From NCBI RefSeq assembly GCF_963921235.1, contig NC_086108.1, forward strand, positions 30,754,001 to 30,818,000: DNA of 64,000 nt. The letters run 5' to 3'. The position numbers and the translations under genes were made by a program. The notes beneath the pieces were generated by a model. That model saw nothing but the letters and a program-made list of their open reading frames with translations. It made no database searches and was not told the origin of the DNA. Shown here piece by piece: positions 38,715 through 50,077 of the stretch (its first letter is position 1; every line of letters starts with the position of its first letter). The stretch comes from Mobula hypostoma. Taxonomy: Eukaryota.

Positions 38715-39593
38715 GTTTCTTCATTCCTTTTCAAGGTGGCTGGGGTTCTCTTGGAGTCTGTGATCTACGGATGCATTCAAACTGCAGTTCTTCATGGTAG
38801 TGGGTTCCTGCTCCTGGGGCTTGCCAACCAGCCATTTTCGATTTCTCCAGGAGAAGCCTGGAGGGTGTGTGCCTTCAAGGTCCGGACTTGTGTAGCCCTG
38901 TGGACTCGATTCCTCACTGGTGTTGGCTACTGAAGCATTGTGGGAGAACCGGTGTTGACAACTGAAGCATCATGGGAGATCAGAACACCGCGACAGTGCG
39001 TGTAGCTGTTGGAGGCCACTGCACTCGGGCAATCACTCTCCTTCTCTCTGTCTCTCTGTCTCTCTCTTGACGGTGAGAGAGAGTTTGTAACCGATTCTTG
39101 AGTCAGAGGAACTCTGAATAAAAGCAACACTGCAGACTGTAACATATTTGTTAGTGTCTCCTCTCGCTGTGGAAGAGGTGACTCCTATCTCTCCCTTGTA
39201 GTGAGAGAGAGAGCTTGTGGCATGTTGTAGTGCTGGATTAGGGACTGTAGTTTTCCATGGCAGGGGGTTCCCGCTCCTGGAGCATGTCAACCAGCCATTT
39301 TCGATTTCTGAAGGACAGCATGGTCTCTTTGGCGGCATTGCAATTGCTTGCTTAAAGATGGTGGGCAGTCTGATGCTTACTGCTGGAATAAGTGGGATAA
39401 GTGGGGAGAGGGGGAGGGGGGAGGGTTGGTGCTTTGCAGCTGCTTGTGCGCAGGAGGGGAAGGAGCTTCTGGGTTTTAACATTTTACTGTATTTTATTCT
39501 TTGAGGTTTTCTGTTTCATGGATGTCTGTGAAGAGTAAAAATTTTAAGTTGTATACGGTACACATTCTCTGATATTAAATGGAACCATTGAAC
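38715..39593 (+). mobile_element. Unclassified non-coding interspersed repeat
   Basis: Internal ~65-bp duplication (38785-38850 vs 39247-39310); ends gatattaaatggaaccattgaacc, resembling a non-LTR tail. Confidence 0.4.
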
Positions 39594-40750
39594 CACTCTC
39601 CTTCACCTTGTCGGCTAGGACAACTTCAGACCATCTTTCAGCCCTCCTGGTTTCTTTCTTACATGTTCTCTTCCATTTCTTATACTTCATAAATACCACA
39701 TTTGTTCCTACCTGCATATCTGCCGTGCACCTTTTTTTCTGAGCTAGGACCTCAATATCTCTTGAAAGCCAAGGTTCCCTAAATCTGTTATCTTTGCATT
39801 TTATTCTGACAGGCACATACACACTTTGCACTCTCAAAATTGCACTTTGGAAGACCTCCTACTTACCAAGTAGATCTTTGCCTGAAAACAGCCTGTCTTA
39901 ATCCAGATTTTCCAGATAATTTCTGATACCATTAAAATTAGCCTTTCTCCAATTTAGAATCTCAACTCACAGACCAGACATGTCTTTTTGCACATTTGAA
40001 ACTAAAGGCATTGTGATCACTAGATGCAAAGTATTCCCCTACCCAAATCTCTGTCACTTACCCTGTCCCATTCCCTCAAAGCAAATCAAGTACTGCACAC
40101 TTACTTGTTGGGACCTCTATGTCCTGATTAAGGAAATTTTCCTGAACACGATTGACAAACTCAGTCCTATCTAGTCTTTTTACAGTATGGGGGTTCCAGT
40201 CAATATGTGGAAAGTTAAAATCACCTATTTTAACATCCTTATATTTCTTGCAACAGTCTGTGATTTCTCCACAAATTTGTTCCTCTAAATTGGCTGGTCT
40301 GCAATATCGCCCTATTAATGTGGTCATAACTTTCTTATCCCACAGTTCCACCTATAACGCCTCATTAGACAAGTTTTCCAGTATGTCCTGACCGAGCACT
40401 GCCATGACATCTCTGAATATACATCTGAATAGTAACCCCACCCTTCCTCCTTCAGTCCTTGTGGCTCTGTTGCATCAAAAACAATGGAACCCAGGAGTAC
40501 TGAGTTGGCTACGATATCTTAATTCCATGTGTTAATCCATTCCTTGTGCACATCTGCATTTCTTTCAATACTTTTTGCATTAAAATATACGCAGATTAGG
40601 TCATTAGTCACGCCATGCTTAGCCGTTGGATTCCTGACTTTGTCTGAGGTCTTAACAACATCTATCTCCACAACCTCTCCACTATCTGTTCTGGCATTCT
40701 GGTTCCCATCCCCATGCAACTCTAGTTTAAACCCCACTGTGCAGCATTAG
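39594..40750 (-). mobile_element. Decayed CR1 endonuclease region
   Basis: YFNAKSI, IGDFNFPHIDW, REPWLSRDI. Confidence 0.85.
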
Positions 40751-41110
40751 CCTTGCACTGTACCGCTGCTGTAAAACAACAAATTACACAACATGCCAGT
40801 GATAATAAGCCTGATTCTCTTATCCTTGTACTTGTCCAAATATCTTTTGAATGATTTTATTGTACCTGGCTGAACACTTTCTCAGCCAGTGAAGCCAGTG
40901 AGGACCACAGGCACTGAAGACATATTTTGAGTGCTCCAACCAAAGAAATGCAAATGGCACTGGCAGCACCCTAGGCAGGGCACCAACATTTGTGAAGAGT
41001 GGAGAAAACCAGGAGCACAGTAAAGATGGTTAAAACCAGTCCCAAGCATAATGGATGATGGGTGAGACTCAGACAGTTCATTGCAACCTGAGCTAAGTAT
41101 TGCCTGGTTA

Positions 41111-41116
<6 letters not shown>

Positions 41117-41168
<52 letters not shown>

Positions 41169-41175
41169 GTGTGTG

Positions 41176-41210
<35 letters not shown>

Positions 41211-41219
41211 GTGTATGTG

Positions 41220-41262
<43 letters not shown>

Positions 41263-41322
41263 GGGTGTGTGTGTGTGTGTGTGTGTGTATGTGGGGTGTG
41301 TGTGTGTGTGTGTGTGTATGTG

Positions 41323-41372
<50 letters not shown>
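41117..41372. repeat. Compound (TG)n microsatellite
   Basis: ~255 bp of TG with recurring tatgtgggg interruptions. Confidence 0.98.
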
Positions 41373-41374
<2 letters not shown>

Positions 41375-42216
41375 ACATGCAAATGAAGCTGTGTTTGTAT
41401 AATAGTCCAACTTGCCATTTTTGCCTTGAAAATACAAAACACATGGATAAATCATGTTTAAGGGGATCTCTGTCAAGGTGTTCAGAAAATGCAGGAGCAA
41501 CAATAGCACGTATTAGGGATGGATTTTGAAAAGACAGAAACACGAGTCGGTAAGTGAAGACAGGAAACTAATTATCCAACAGAATTTCCCAATCCCAGAA
41601 TGAGTTACACAATTAGCCTTCTCACAGGGTGCAGAGCGTGAAGCACACAGATATGTATGTATGGTAACTTTACAGCACTCCAGTTGTTCAGCCACAAAGT
41701 ACGTTGTCTAAGTGACTGGAAGAGTTCCACTCTTGATGGAAATAATGACTCATAAATTCTGATCCCTTGTGCCTTTTGGGGTTTTCTCTTATTTAGCCCT
41801 GATCCCCATAGGTCATATTACTACTAGTGGCACATTATATTTTATTATTAATTCAAGGGACATGGGCTTCATAGGCTGAGCTAATATCCCTAATTATTCT
41901 TTGCGTATTAAAGTCATATGACTATTTCACATGTCATCTTTCCACTGGAAGTCAACGCAAGCTATTCACATTGTTATAGATCATACACAATAGACAGAGT
42001 CTGAACAATTTCATCATCAAAGCCCTGCTCCAAGCACATGTGGTTGGCAATGAAAAATTAAACAGCTAAAGAAAGGAGGAAATGTCTCCAAGAACATCTG
42101 CACAGACAATATCAAGCATAAGTTAAGTGATAAGTAATATTCACTTCAATCAATGGCTATTACCAACAATAGAAGATCTAACTGTCCTTAGAAACTTTGT
42201 GAGATTAATTTCCTAT

Positions 42217-42451
42217 TGCTATGTTTTGTAATACCAAACCATAAAAACTAATTGAGAGGAAAACAAAAGAGCTGGGAAGGTGAGTCTAACTTTGTTGTTA
42301 GTTTAAATGAGGCACATGGCAGTGTGATGATATATGCATTCATGTACTTTTACATATAACCTGTGATGAATTATCTAAACAAACAAAGAATGCTTGATCA
42401 ACAACATTTAAAATATTACTCAAGTACTACTAAAAAATCAAATATACAACA
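42217..42451 (-). repeat. 3' LTR
   Basis: Direct repeat of 46030-46267 (exact core tgtacttttacatataacct at 42343 and 46157); adjacent PPT aagcagagaggag (minus strand, 42452-42464). Confidence 0.88.
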
Positions 42452-42534
42452 CTCCTCTCTGCTTAGCCACAAACTTAAAAGTTATATAAAACGCATCCTA
42501 ACGCATACATATTGCACATACATACAATACTGTA

Positions 42535-42734
42535 TTGCTGTGGAGAATTTTTTATTCTTCTGGGATAAAGTCTTTCCTGACAAGGGAGGTCATTCTGCTT
42601 GGCAGGTGAGACCTATGGGTGAGAAAACAATCTCAGATTTTGGAGCCTGTGAAAAAATCTCAAATTCCTCCACGGTGGCTGTAGGAGTTGAATCTGAAAA
42701 GGCAGGAAGTGATTCTGACAACTCTGGGCACTTT
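42535..42734 (-). pseudogene. Gypsy pol extreme C-terminus (post-integrase tail)
   Basis: CPELSESLPAFSDSTPT...CQERLYPRRIKNSPQ resembles the R-Y-P-x-R-x-R-x-P-P end of Gypsy pol. Confidence 0.65.
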
Positions 42735-43657
42735 CTCTTTTTCATTCCTCAACTTTTCTCTGTGCATCTACTTTGATCTTTGCTTCTCTTCTGGTCCCAG
42801 CTTCTTTCACTCTCTTCCTTCTGCTCTCGATCGCTCTCTCAATCATACTCTCCTTATCCTTGATTCTGTCACAATCCATATTATGGTCTTGCTCACGGTT
42901 TTTCTCTGTACCCCTTCTCTCCATTTCAACTTCTCATCTCTCTTTTCCTCACTTTCCTTTTTCTCCGAGTTACTTGTGAGTATCTCTGAATTTGTAAATT
43001 TCTTGAGAAATTAGGTCTCGTTTATGCTCTTCCATTTCCACAGCGCTTATGTCATCCTCCTATTTCTTTTCCTTTTCTTCATTCTAGGACGTGCATCTTG
43101 ATCTTGGGAAGTTGCATTTAGTTGATTAGAGTATTCTCTTATTAATCCTTCTAATGCCCCCCTTACAATTTGATCTCGCCTCTTGGTTTCCTCATCCACA
43201 ACATCATCTGACGAATCCTTTGATTTTGGATTTCCATTGACTCCTTTCTTTTTAGTCTTCCATTCATCCAGCTTGGCTTCAGTCTTTGTATCTACTTTTA
43301 TAAGCAGCTTTTTATCTCCCACTTGAAGTTCATGCAATGACCTTAATGCACGCAGAGTAGATTCTAGTTCTTTATGCTCACAAAAGTTGAATGCTTGCAA
43401 CTTTCCTGAAACTCCTTAAACTGTCTTCCAGCTTAAAACTAAGCCACAGTTTGCAAGTAACTGCCTGATTACTATATCAAAAGCTTTCTTAGAAATGTTG
43501 CCTACAAAAACAGCTGTAGTCGGACCACTGCTTTGGTCACTTTCACGATTCCTCTGAGCAGGGTGGTCCTTTCTTGGTCGAATTTGCTTTCCCACCCGAA
43601 GCACCGAGGTTACCCTCTGCTGGGCGATGGTTTATGGCATTCAGCATGGAGGCAGTA
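42735..43657 (-). pseudogene. RBM25: Processed, intronless RBM25 fragment (RRM to RE/RD-rich region)
   Basis: RKDHP...GPTTAVFVGNISKKAFDIVIRQLLANCGLVLSWKTV*GVSGKLQAFNFCEHKELESTLRALRSLHELQVGDKKLLIKVD...DEETKRRDQ...LIREYS...DISAVEMEEHKRDLISQEIYKFRDTHK. Stops and frameshifts present. Confidence 0.93.
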
Positions 43658-45789
43658 GTGGCATCAGCCAGTACCTTTTTCACTTCACTTTCAGATGACT
43701 CTGTTGTAGGCAATGTACCATACAAATTGTGGATGGATCTCCAATTAAGTTGTGGTTGTCTCAGCAGATTACATCCTCATGATGCTGGCCCTCTTGTTTT
43801 TACCACATAGAAGCCCAATGTGGCTTGTTGGGTGTTGGTTTGTATTTCATTCACTGTTACGAACATCATTCCCACAGGAATGACATTTTTCTTCAGTACA
43901 GATACTATTGGATATCTCTAGACTTCAGTTCTTCAGTATCTTTGAAATACCATTCAAACTTATTTTGTGGAATGACTTAAACAGCTGACCCAGTGTCCAA
44001 ATTTATTTCAATTAATTTGCTGTTCACTTTTGATGTAATTCATGTTGCTTGTCTATTGCTAGTTTTCACATTATAAAGCTCAAGGCTACACAGTTCTGTG
44101 TCATTTTCATCAATATCAGATTTTTCATCAATGGCATGCGGATTAGTGCTCTTTTTGAAACCGCAACTTGACTTCTTAGCTTTTTCTCTTCTCCATGCAG
44201 TTCATTTATTTTGTCTGCTTGACATGCTCATTGTATGTGTCCTACTTCGTTGTATCTTTTGCAAGTTTCACCGCAAGTTTGCAAGTTGCAAGTCTGCATT
44301 GGTCTGGTGTACTGTATGTGAGCCCCTGTCACGATATTAACACAATTAGTTCAACCAGGCAAGCCTCCATGTGGATATTGCATATTTGTTCACACGCACT
44401 TTCATTCCTGATTGCAACTCAATTGTCTCTCTGTCTGCTATTTCAACTGCTCTTTCAAATGTAAGTTGTGCTTCAGTTAGGAGCTGTAACCCTCTCACCA
44501 GGCGTGTGTACAAATTTGGCTCATTAACTAGCTCTGCTAACAGTGGCATGACTCAGCAGCAAGTAGGCCACCCTTCACAAACAATCTACGTCTAAGGTCA
44601 GTATAATTCAGGGTTCAACCAAATAGAAACGTTGTGATGTTCCAATTAAAGAGACCTTGATTTGAGCGAATGCTGGGTAAATACTGCCCATACACAATTA
44701 TCGGTTGGCGAGAAATAACAGGTCATGCACTGCATAAAATTATGAAGAAAGTATATTTATCAATTTCAGCTTTATCAGACAGTTATAAAAAGAAAGAATA
44801 GAAAGGAGAAAAAAGAATAAAAGGGCCCATTACAGTTAAATCAGTCTAAATGTGCACATGATCTTTGGAGCTCATCCCTTCCATAAGGTGGGTATAACCA
44901 TTACGCATAACGTTGAGCCCATGGTCTGAATGAAACCACCCACCACAGTCTGAATTTCCCTCAAAGTCCATATTGACCATACTGGTTCTCTGTTACGTGC
45001 ATTTGCCCTTCTTCCTTGGAGGCATTCATCTTCATAAAGCACTTCTTGCAACAGGGTCTCTCCTTCCTACGGCATTCTGCAGCATCTTCCCCTCTGCCCC
45101 ACTCTGCAGCTCCCTCCAGAAGACCCCAAAGTAGACTACTGTCAGTCACATATCTCTCTCTGCCCCACTCTCTCCAGAACCTTCTCCCGATCCCACCATC
45201 CAGACTGGATGACACAACATTCCTAACTTGAACACCGGGCTTCTTATCTTTAGCCAAAACCAAAACATCCTACCAGCAGGACATTTTGCTTTTACAGAAA
45301 ACTGCTAAAATGAAATACCTACAGCATAGCAGTAGAAATCTTAACCAGGGCATTACAGAGTCATTTTTGTTTGCTTTCTTGTAAGATTCTACAAACTAAA
45401 TGATCTCTCAGTACATCATTAAGCTCATCATTGAACTAACAATGCTAAGCCTACTTCAATACTGCCACGTTCACCGAAATGGAATCCCCTTTCTTTTGAT
45501 TCTGCTTATGAAACCTAAAGTATTCTACAATTAACAATGGCTTCAGTTCAAAATGTTCCTGCATTACTTTCAGAATATCAGCAAAACTAATTCAACTGGC
45601 TTGGCTGGAGCAGTTAAATTTCTAAGCAACCTGTATGCCTCTAAACTCAATGCACTCAGCAAAACTGGCACTCACTTCTCATTGGCCATTTCATTTGCTT
45701 TAAAATACAACTCAATCTGTTCAGTATATATATTCCAGTTACCTTTTCTGTAATCAAGTGCATCAATCTTTTCCAATGTAGCCAGCCAT
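43658..45789 (-). pseudogene. Gypsy gag-protease remnant, interrupted by a solo LTR
   Basis: ATG at 45789: MAGYIG...YFKANE...VLLSAL...LRNLTAPAKP...FRFHKQNQ...LRDHLVC | LLTEAQLTFERAVEIA; degenerate zinc knuckle (VGHIQ*AC); LDTGSAV at 44000-43981. Confidence 0.85.
44485..45357. mobile_element. Solo LTR (873 bp) nested in gag
   Basis: tgtaa...ttaca termini, flanked by gagc/gagt (4-bp TSD with one mismatch); gag reads through once it is removed. Confidence 0.85.
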
Positions 45790-46029
45790 TTCTGCCTTCT
45801 GTTTCTTTATGATTATTATCAACCGGTATCCACTGTTTATGAATCTGTGAATTCTTCCATTTTCAGCCTTTTTTTTATTTGGTCGCCTCCCTTTTCGTGA
45901 AGAAAATGTGTTGTGCTTTTTTTTGTAACTTGCTGTTCTTTATTTTAACTCAAACATATTGCTGCATTTCAACAGGTTCATTTTAAAAATACTTGTATCA
46001 GTTTCATTTTTAAAATACTTCATCAGCCC

Positions 46030-46267
46030 TGCTATGCTTTGTAACTCCAAAAACATATTGAAAGGAAAACAAGAATGCCGGGAATGTAAGTCTAACTTAA
46101 TTTTTATTTTAAGCAAATCTCATATCACATGGTGGCGTGATGATGTATGCCATTTGTGTACTTTTACATATAACCTATGATGAAATATCTGAACAAACAA
46201 AGAACACCTAATCAACAATATATTTGCAGCATTACACAAATACTACTGAAATATCAAATATGTGACA
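46030..46267 (-). repeat. 5' LTR
   Basis: Homologous to 42217-42451; followed on the minus strand by a degenerate PBS-like gggctgatgaag. Confidence 0.85.
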
Positions 46268-46277
46268 CCTATCCATC

Positions 46278-46640
46278 AATGTCCTCAGGGATCACGCTTG
46301 ACCAGAAATTTATCTGAACCAACCATATAATTACCATGATTACATGAGCAGGACAAAGGCTGGGTATCCTGTATAATTGACTTGGGCTGTCCACAGCATT
46401 TTCTCCATCCACAAGGTAAAACACAGGGGATGATGAAAGACTTCCCACTTGACCATCTTAGCGCTGCTCCAACAATACTTTGGAAGCTCAAAATCATCCA
46501 GGACAAGGCAATCCATCCAGCACATGAAGCATTCACTTTCTCTACTGCAGTGTCTGCACTTTTAAAGTGCACCACAAATGCTCACCAAGCAGCATCTCCC
46601 ACAAGAAGGTAAAGGCAACATCAATTTGCAGGATGTGGGT
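46278..46640 (+). mobile_element. Old non-LTR retrotransposon RT C-terminal fragment, clade uncertain
   Basis: GITLDQKFI*TNHI...AGQRLGIL-like peptide. Confidence 0.5.
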
Positions 46641-46864
46641 GATGGTGATAATGCCTGTGCTCAATATCTATTCCTAGTTTTTCTTCACTGCAGTCCTCAT
46701 TTCATAGATACTCATAGCGCTCAGACAGGGACTTCCAGGATTTGACTAAGCATTGATTAAGACACCATAATATATTATGTATGATTTTCAGTGGAACTTG
46801 AAGCTGGTGGTGTCCTTGCTCTTCCATAATACTTACTCAAATAACCATAAATGGTTTAAATATC

Positions 46865-48445
46865 TCAGAATTTGGATCTGGTTATTATCTTTAACAACTG
46901 TCATGAAATTTGGGTTGTTTTGCAACGACATTGGAGAGCAGACATAAAATTTACTATAAGTTACAAAAATAAATGAAGAGTAAATAAAAGAGGAATATCA
47001 AGGTTGTGTTCATGGGTTACCTTATCTTCACAAGATAAGAGCTCATGGAATTACGGGAAAGTTACATACGTGGATAGAGCGTTGGCTGATTGGCAGGAAA
47101 CAGAGAGTGCGAATAAAGGGATCCTATTCTGGTTGACTGCCGGTTACCAGTGGTATTCCACAGGGGTTCGTGTTGGGGCCGCTTCTTTTTACATTGTACA
47201 TCAACGATTTGGATTATGGAATAGATGGCTTTGTGGCTAAGTTTGCTGATGATACGAAGGTAGGTGGAGGGGCCGGTAGTGCTGAGGAAACGGAGAGTCT
47301 GCAGAGAGACTTGGATAGATTGGAAGAATGGGCAGAGAAGTGGCAAATGAAGTACAATGTTGGAAAGTGTATGGTTATGCACTTTGGGAGAAAAAATAAA
47401 CGGGCAGACTATTATTTAAATGGGGAAAGAATTCAAAGTTCTGAGATGCAATGGGACTTGAGAGTCCTCATACAGGATTCCCTTAAAGTTAACCTCCAGG
47501 TTGAGTCGGTAGTGAAGAAGGCGAATGCAATGTTGGCATTCATTTCTAGAGGAATAGAGTATAGGAGCAGGGATGTGATGTTGAGGCTCTATAAGGCGCT
47601 GGTGAGACCTCACTTGGAGTACTGTGGGCAGTTTTGGTCTCCTTATTTAAGAAAGGATGTGCTGACGTTGGAGAGGGTACAGAGAAGATTCACTAGAATG
47701 ATTCCGGGAATGAGAGGGTTAACATATGAGGAACGTTTGTCCGCTCTTGGACTGTATCCCTTGGAGTTTAGAAGAATGAGGGGAGACCTCATAGAAACAT
47801 TTCGAATGTTAAAAGGCATGGACAGAGTGGATGTGGCAAAGTTGTTTCCCATGATGGGGGAGTCTAGTACGAGAGGGCATGACTTCAGGATTGAAGGGCG
47901 CCCTTTCAGAACAGAAATGCGAAAAAATTTTTTAGAGGGTGGTGAATCTATGGAATTTGTTGCCACGGGCAGCAGTGGAGGCCAAGTCATTGGGTGTATT
48001 TAAGGCAGAGATTGATAGGTATCTGAGTAGCCAGGGCATCAAAGGTTATGGTGAGAAGGCGGGGCAGTGGGACTAAATAGGATAAAATGGATCAGCTCAT
48101 GATAAAATGGCGGAGCAGACTCGATGGGCCGAATGGCCTACTTCTGCTCCTTTGTCTTATGGTCTTATGGTCTTATGGGTTCAATGACCATTCAGAAATC
48201 TAACGGCAGATGGAAAGAAGCTGTTCCTGAATCATTGAGTGTAGGTCTACTGGCTTCTGTACCTCCTTCCTGATGCTAGCAATGAGAACAAGGCATGACC
48301 TGGGTCATGGAGGTCCTTAATGAAGGATGCCACCTCTTTGAGGCATCGCTCCTTGAAGGTATTCTGGACAGTATAGAGGCCGGTGTCCATGATGGAGCTG
48401 ACTATGCTTACAACTCTCTGCAGCTTATTTTGATCCGGTGTAGTA
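46865..48445 (-). mobile_element. Rex1-type 3' fragment split by a CR1 insertion
   Basis: Tail tcagaatttggatctggttattatc; resumes after 48181 with tcagaaatct...aagaagctgttcctga. Confidence 0.7.
47019..48174 (+). mobile_element. Young 5'-truncated CR1 with 7-bp TSD
   Basis: 277-aa open RT C-terminal frame (FADDTK, RPHLEYC); tail cttatggtcttatggtct; TSD atgggtt at 47012-47018 and 48175-48181. Confidence 0.92.
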
Positions 48446-48551
48446 GGACCTTGATGAAAATGTAGATGAGTAGGTTAATAAGTTAGAAGATAAAACATAT
48501 TTTGTTGATAGTGTAGGTGGCTGGCAGAAATACAGTGGAATTTATTCATTT

Positions 48552-48554
<3 letters not shown>

Positions 48555-48582
<28 letters not shown>
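48555..48582. repeat. (ATTG)n microsatellite
   Basis: tattgattgattgattgattgattgatt. Confidence 0.9.
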
Positions 48583-49734
48583 AGTTTAGTTACAACGTGG
48601 AATAGACCTTTCTAAACCCAGATCAGTTACACCTTGAAATTTCCAAAGTCAGAGCTTGAAACGGAGCATTGCTTTTGGGAATTAGGACCCTAGCTGCAAC
48701 ATCTGTGGATGTTAGCTATATATATATATGCCTCAAATGAGCGGAAGCATTTTAAAAAATATATTGATTATGGTTTTTGAACAATGGTTATGGCAGATAC
48801 TCAAGAGAAAGAAAAAAGAAAATGTTGGGGATAAAAGAAGCTTAACAAATTTTGTAAATTAAAACAATTTACAAACTATGGGACTTGGGAATCTCCCACT
48901 ATCTACCAGCCAACAGCATCTACAAAACCACCAAACCTCATGTTAGTTTTGACTGATAGTGTTGATCATACATGAGCCAAAAATAAAGCAGAAATAATCA
49001 GCAAATTATTTGCTACAATTGCCAGCCTATATTTCAAGGTCTTAGCCTGCACTCATTATCCTTCAATTCCTTTCTGCAGTTCAGCTTTTTCCAATTGAGC
49101 ATCACTGATGGCTACACTTGTACAGAATTGCTTACATTTCTATGTGGTCTTGGATAGTGCAACAATATACCATTGTAAAATATCTCTCACTTCAAATACA
49201 AGGCAAAAGAAGCAGCAGTGTGGACTCATTTCTGCAGTAGAGAGAATGCCCAATAAGTGAATGTTTTTGCTCACTGATTAGAAACTGAAAAACCACAGCA
49301 GTTTTCATTATCTATCAGCAGCATTGGTTCTTGTTAACAGAATATTTGCAGCTGAAAATTCCTGTCAAGCGAGTTGCTGGCGTCCAAACTCTGTCCAGTT
49401 TCCCGGACAAATGCTCAGTCACATTTTGCATCATGACCTACAAAGCTAGTGAGGATTTGGGTTTGATAATACATTGTGGTCATAAACAACCAAAAACACC
49501 GTTATTAATATGGTTATCATAACTTCAACAGAAGCGTGTAGCATGGTGCAGATTGGGTTTTCTTAGGGCAATAACTTTCTTCTGTCCACAACCCATTCTA
49601 AACTTCCAACGGAGTTAAGTGCAGCCAGATTTTCTTAGGCACTTAAATCTTCAATAGCTCTGCCTTAATTCTGCATTATAATTCTTGCCTAGGTACAATT
49701 GTTGCTCAAATTCACAGTGTGTGATATATTGTTT

Positions 49735-50077
49735 ATTGAGGACTTTCATGGTCGAGTCGACCATGGATGTTATATCCTGGTTATCTTTGTGATACACAAG
49801 GCAGTGCACATGCCAAGGCAGTATGACAATGAGGACATATTGTTCCTCATGTAGCAGGCACACCCCTCCATGCGGCTGATGAATTCAAAGGAATGGCAGA
49901 GACTTATACAGTTTGGTCCCAGCAGCATCACAGAAGTTACCAATTAGCATTGAAATCAACATAGGACTGCCTTAGGGACTCCAACTCCAGATTTTTCCTT
50001 GGGTTTACTCCCAAGGCCTTCCACATTAGTGTGTATTGCGCAAGGCAGCGGAGGTTTGAGATTAGAGTTTTCCTTCC
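49735..50077 (-). mobile_element. Second, 5'-truncated copy of the 105-680 element
   Basis: Reverse complement of ~355-680. Confidence 0.7.

Larger units (their letters stand above)
42217..46267 (-). mobile_element. Ty3/Gypsy-type LTR retrotransposon, non-autonomous, carrying captured RBM25 cDNA
   Basis: LTRs at 42217-42451 and 46030-46267 (TG...CA ends); TSD cctat at 42212-42216 and 46268-46272; PPT; decayed gag, protease LDTGSAV and integrase tail. Confidence 0.9.

Noticed and set aside
40882..41543. His/Thr- and Cys/Val-rich ORFs
   Set aside because: Translations of the (TG)n microsatellite.
42735..43657. Functional RBM25 gene
   Set aside because: Intronless, internal fragment only (no PWI domain), with an in-frame stop at 43416-43418, frameshifts, and enclosed by LTRs.
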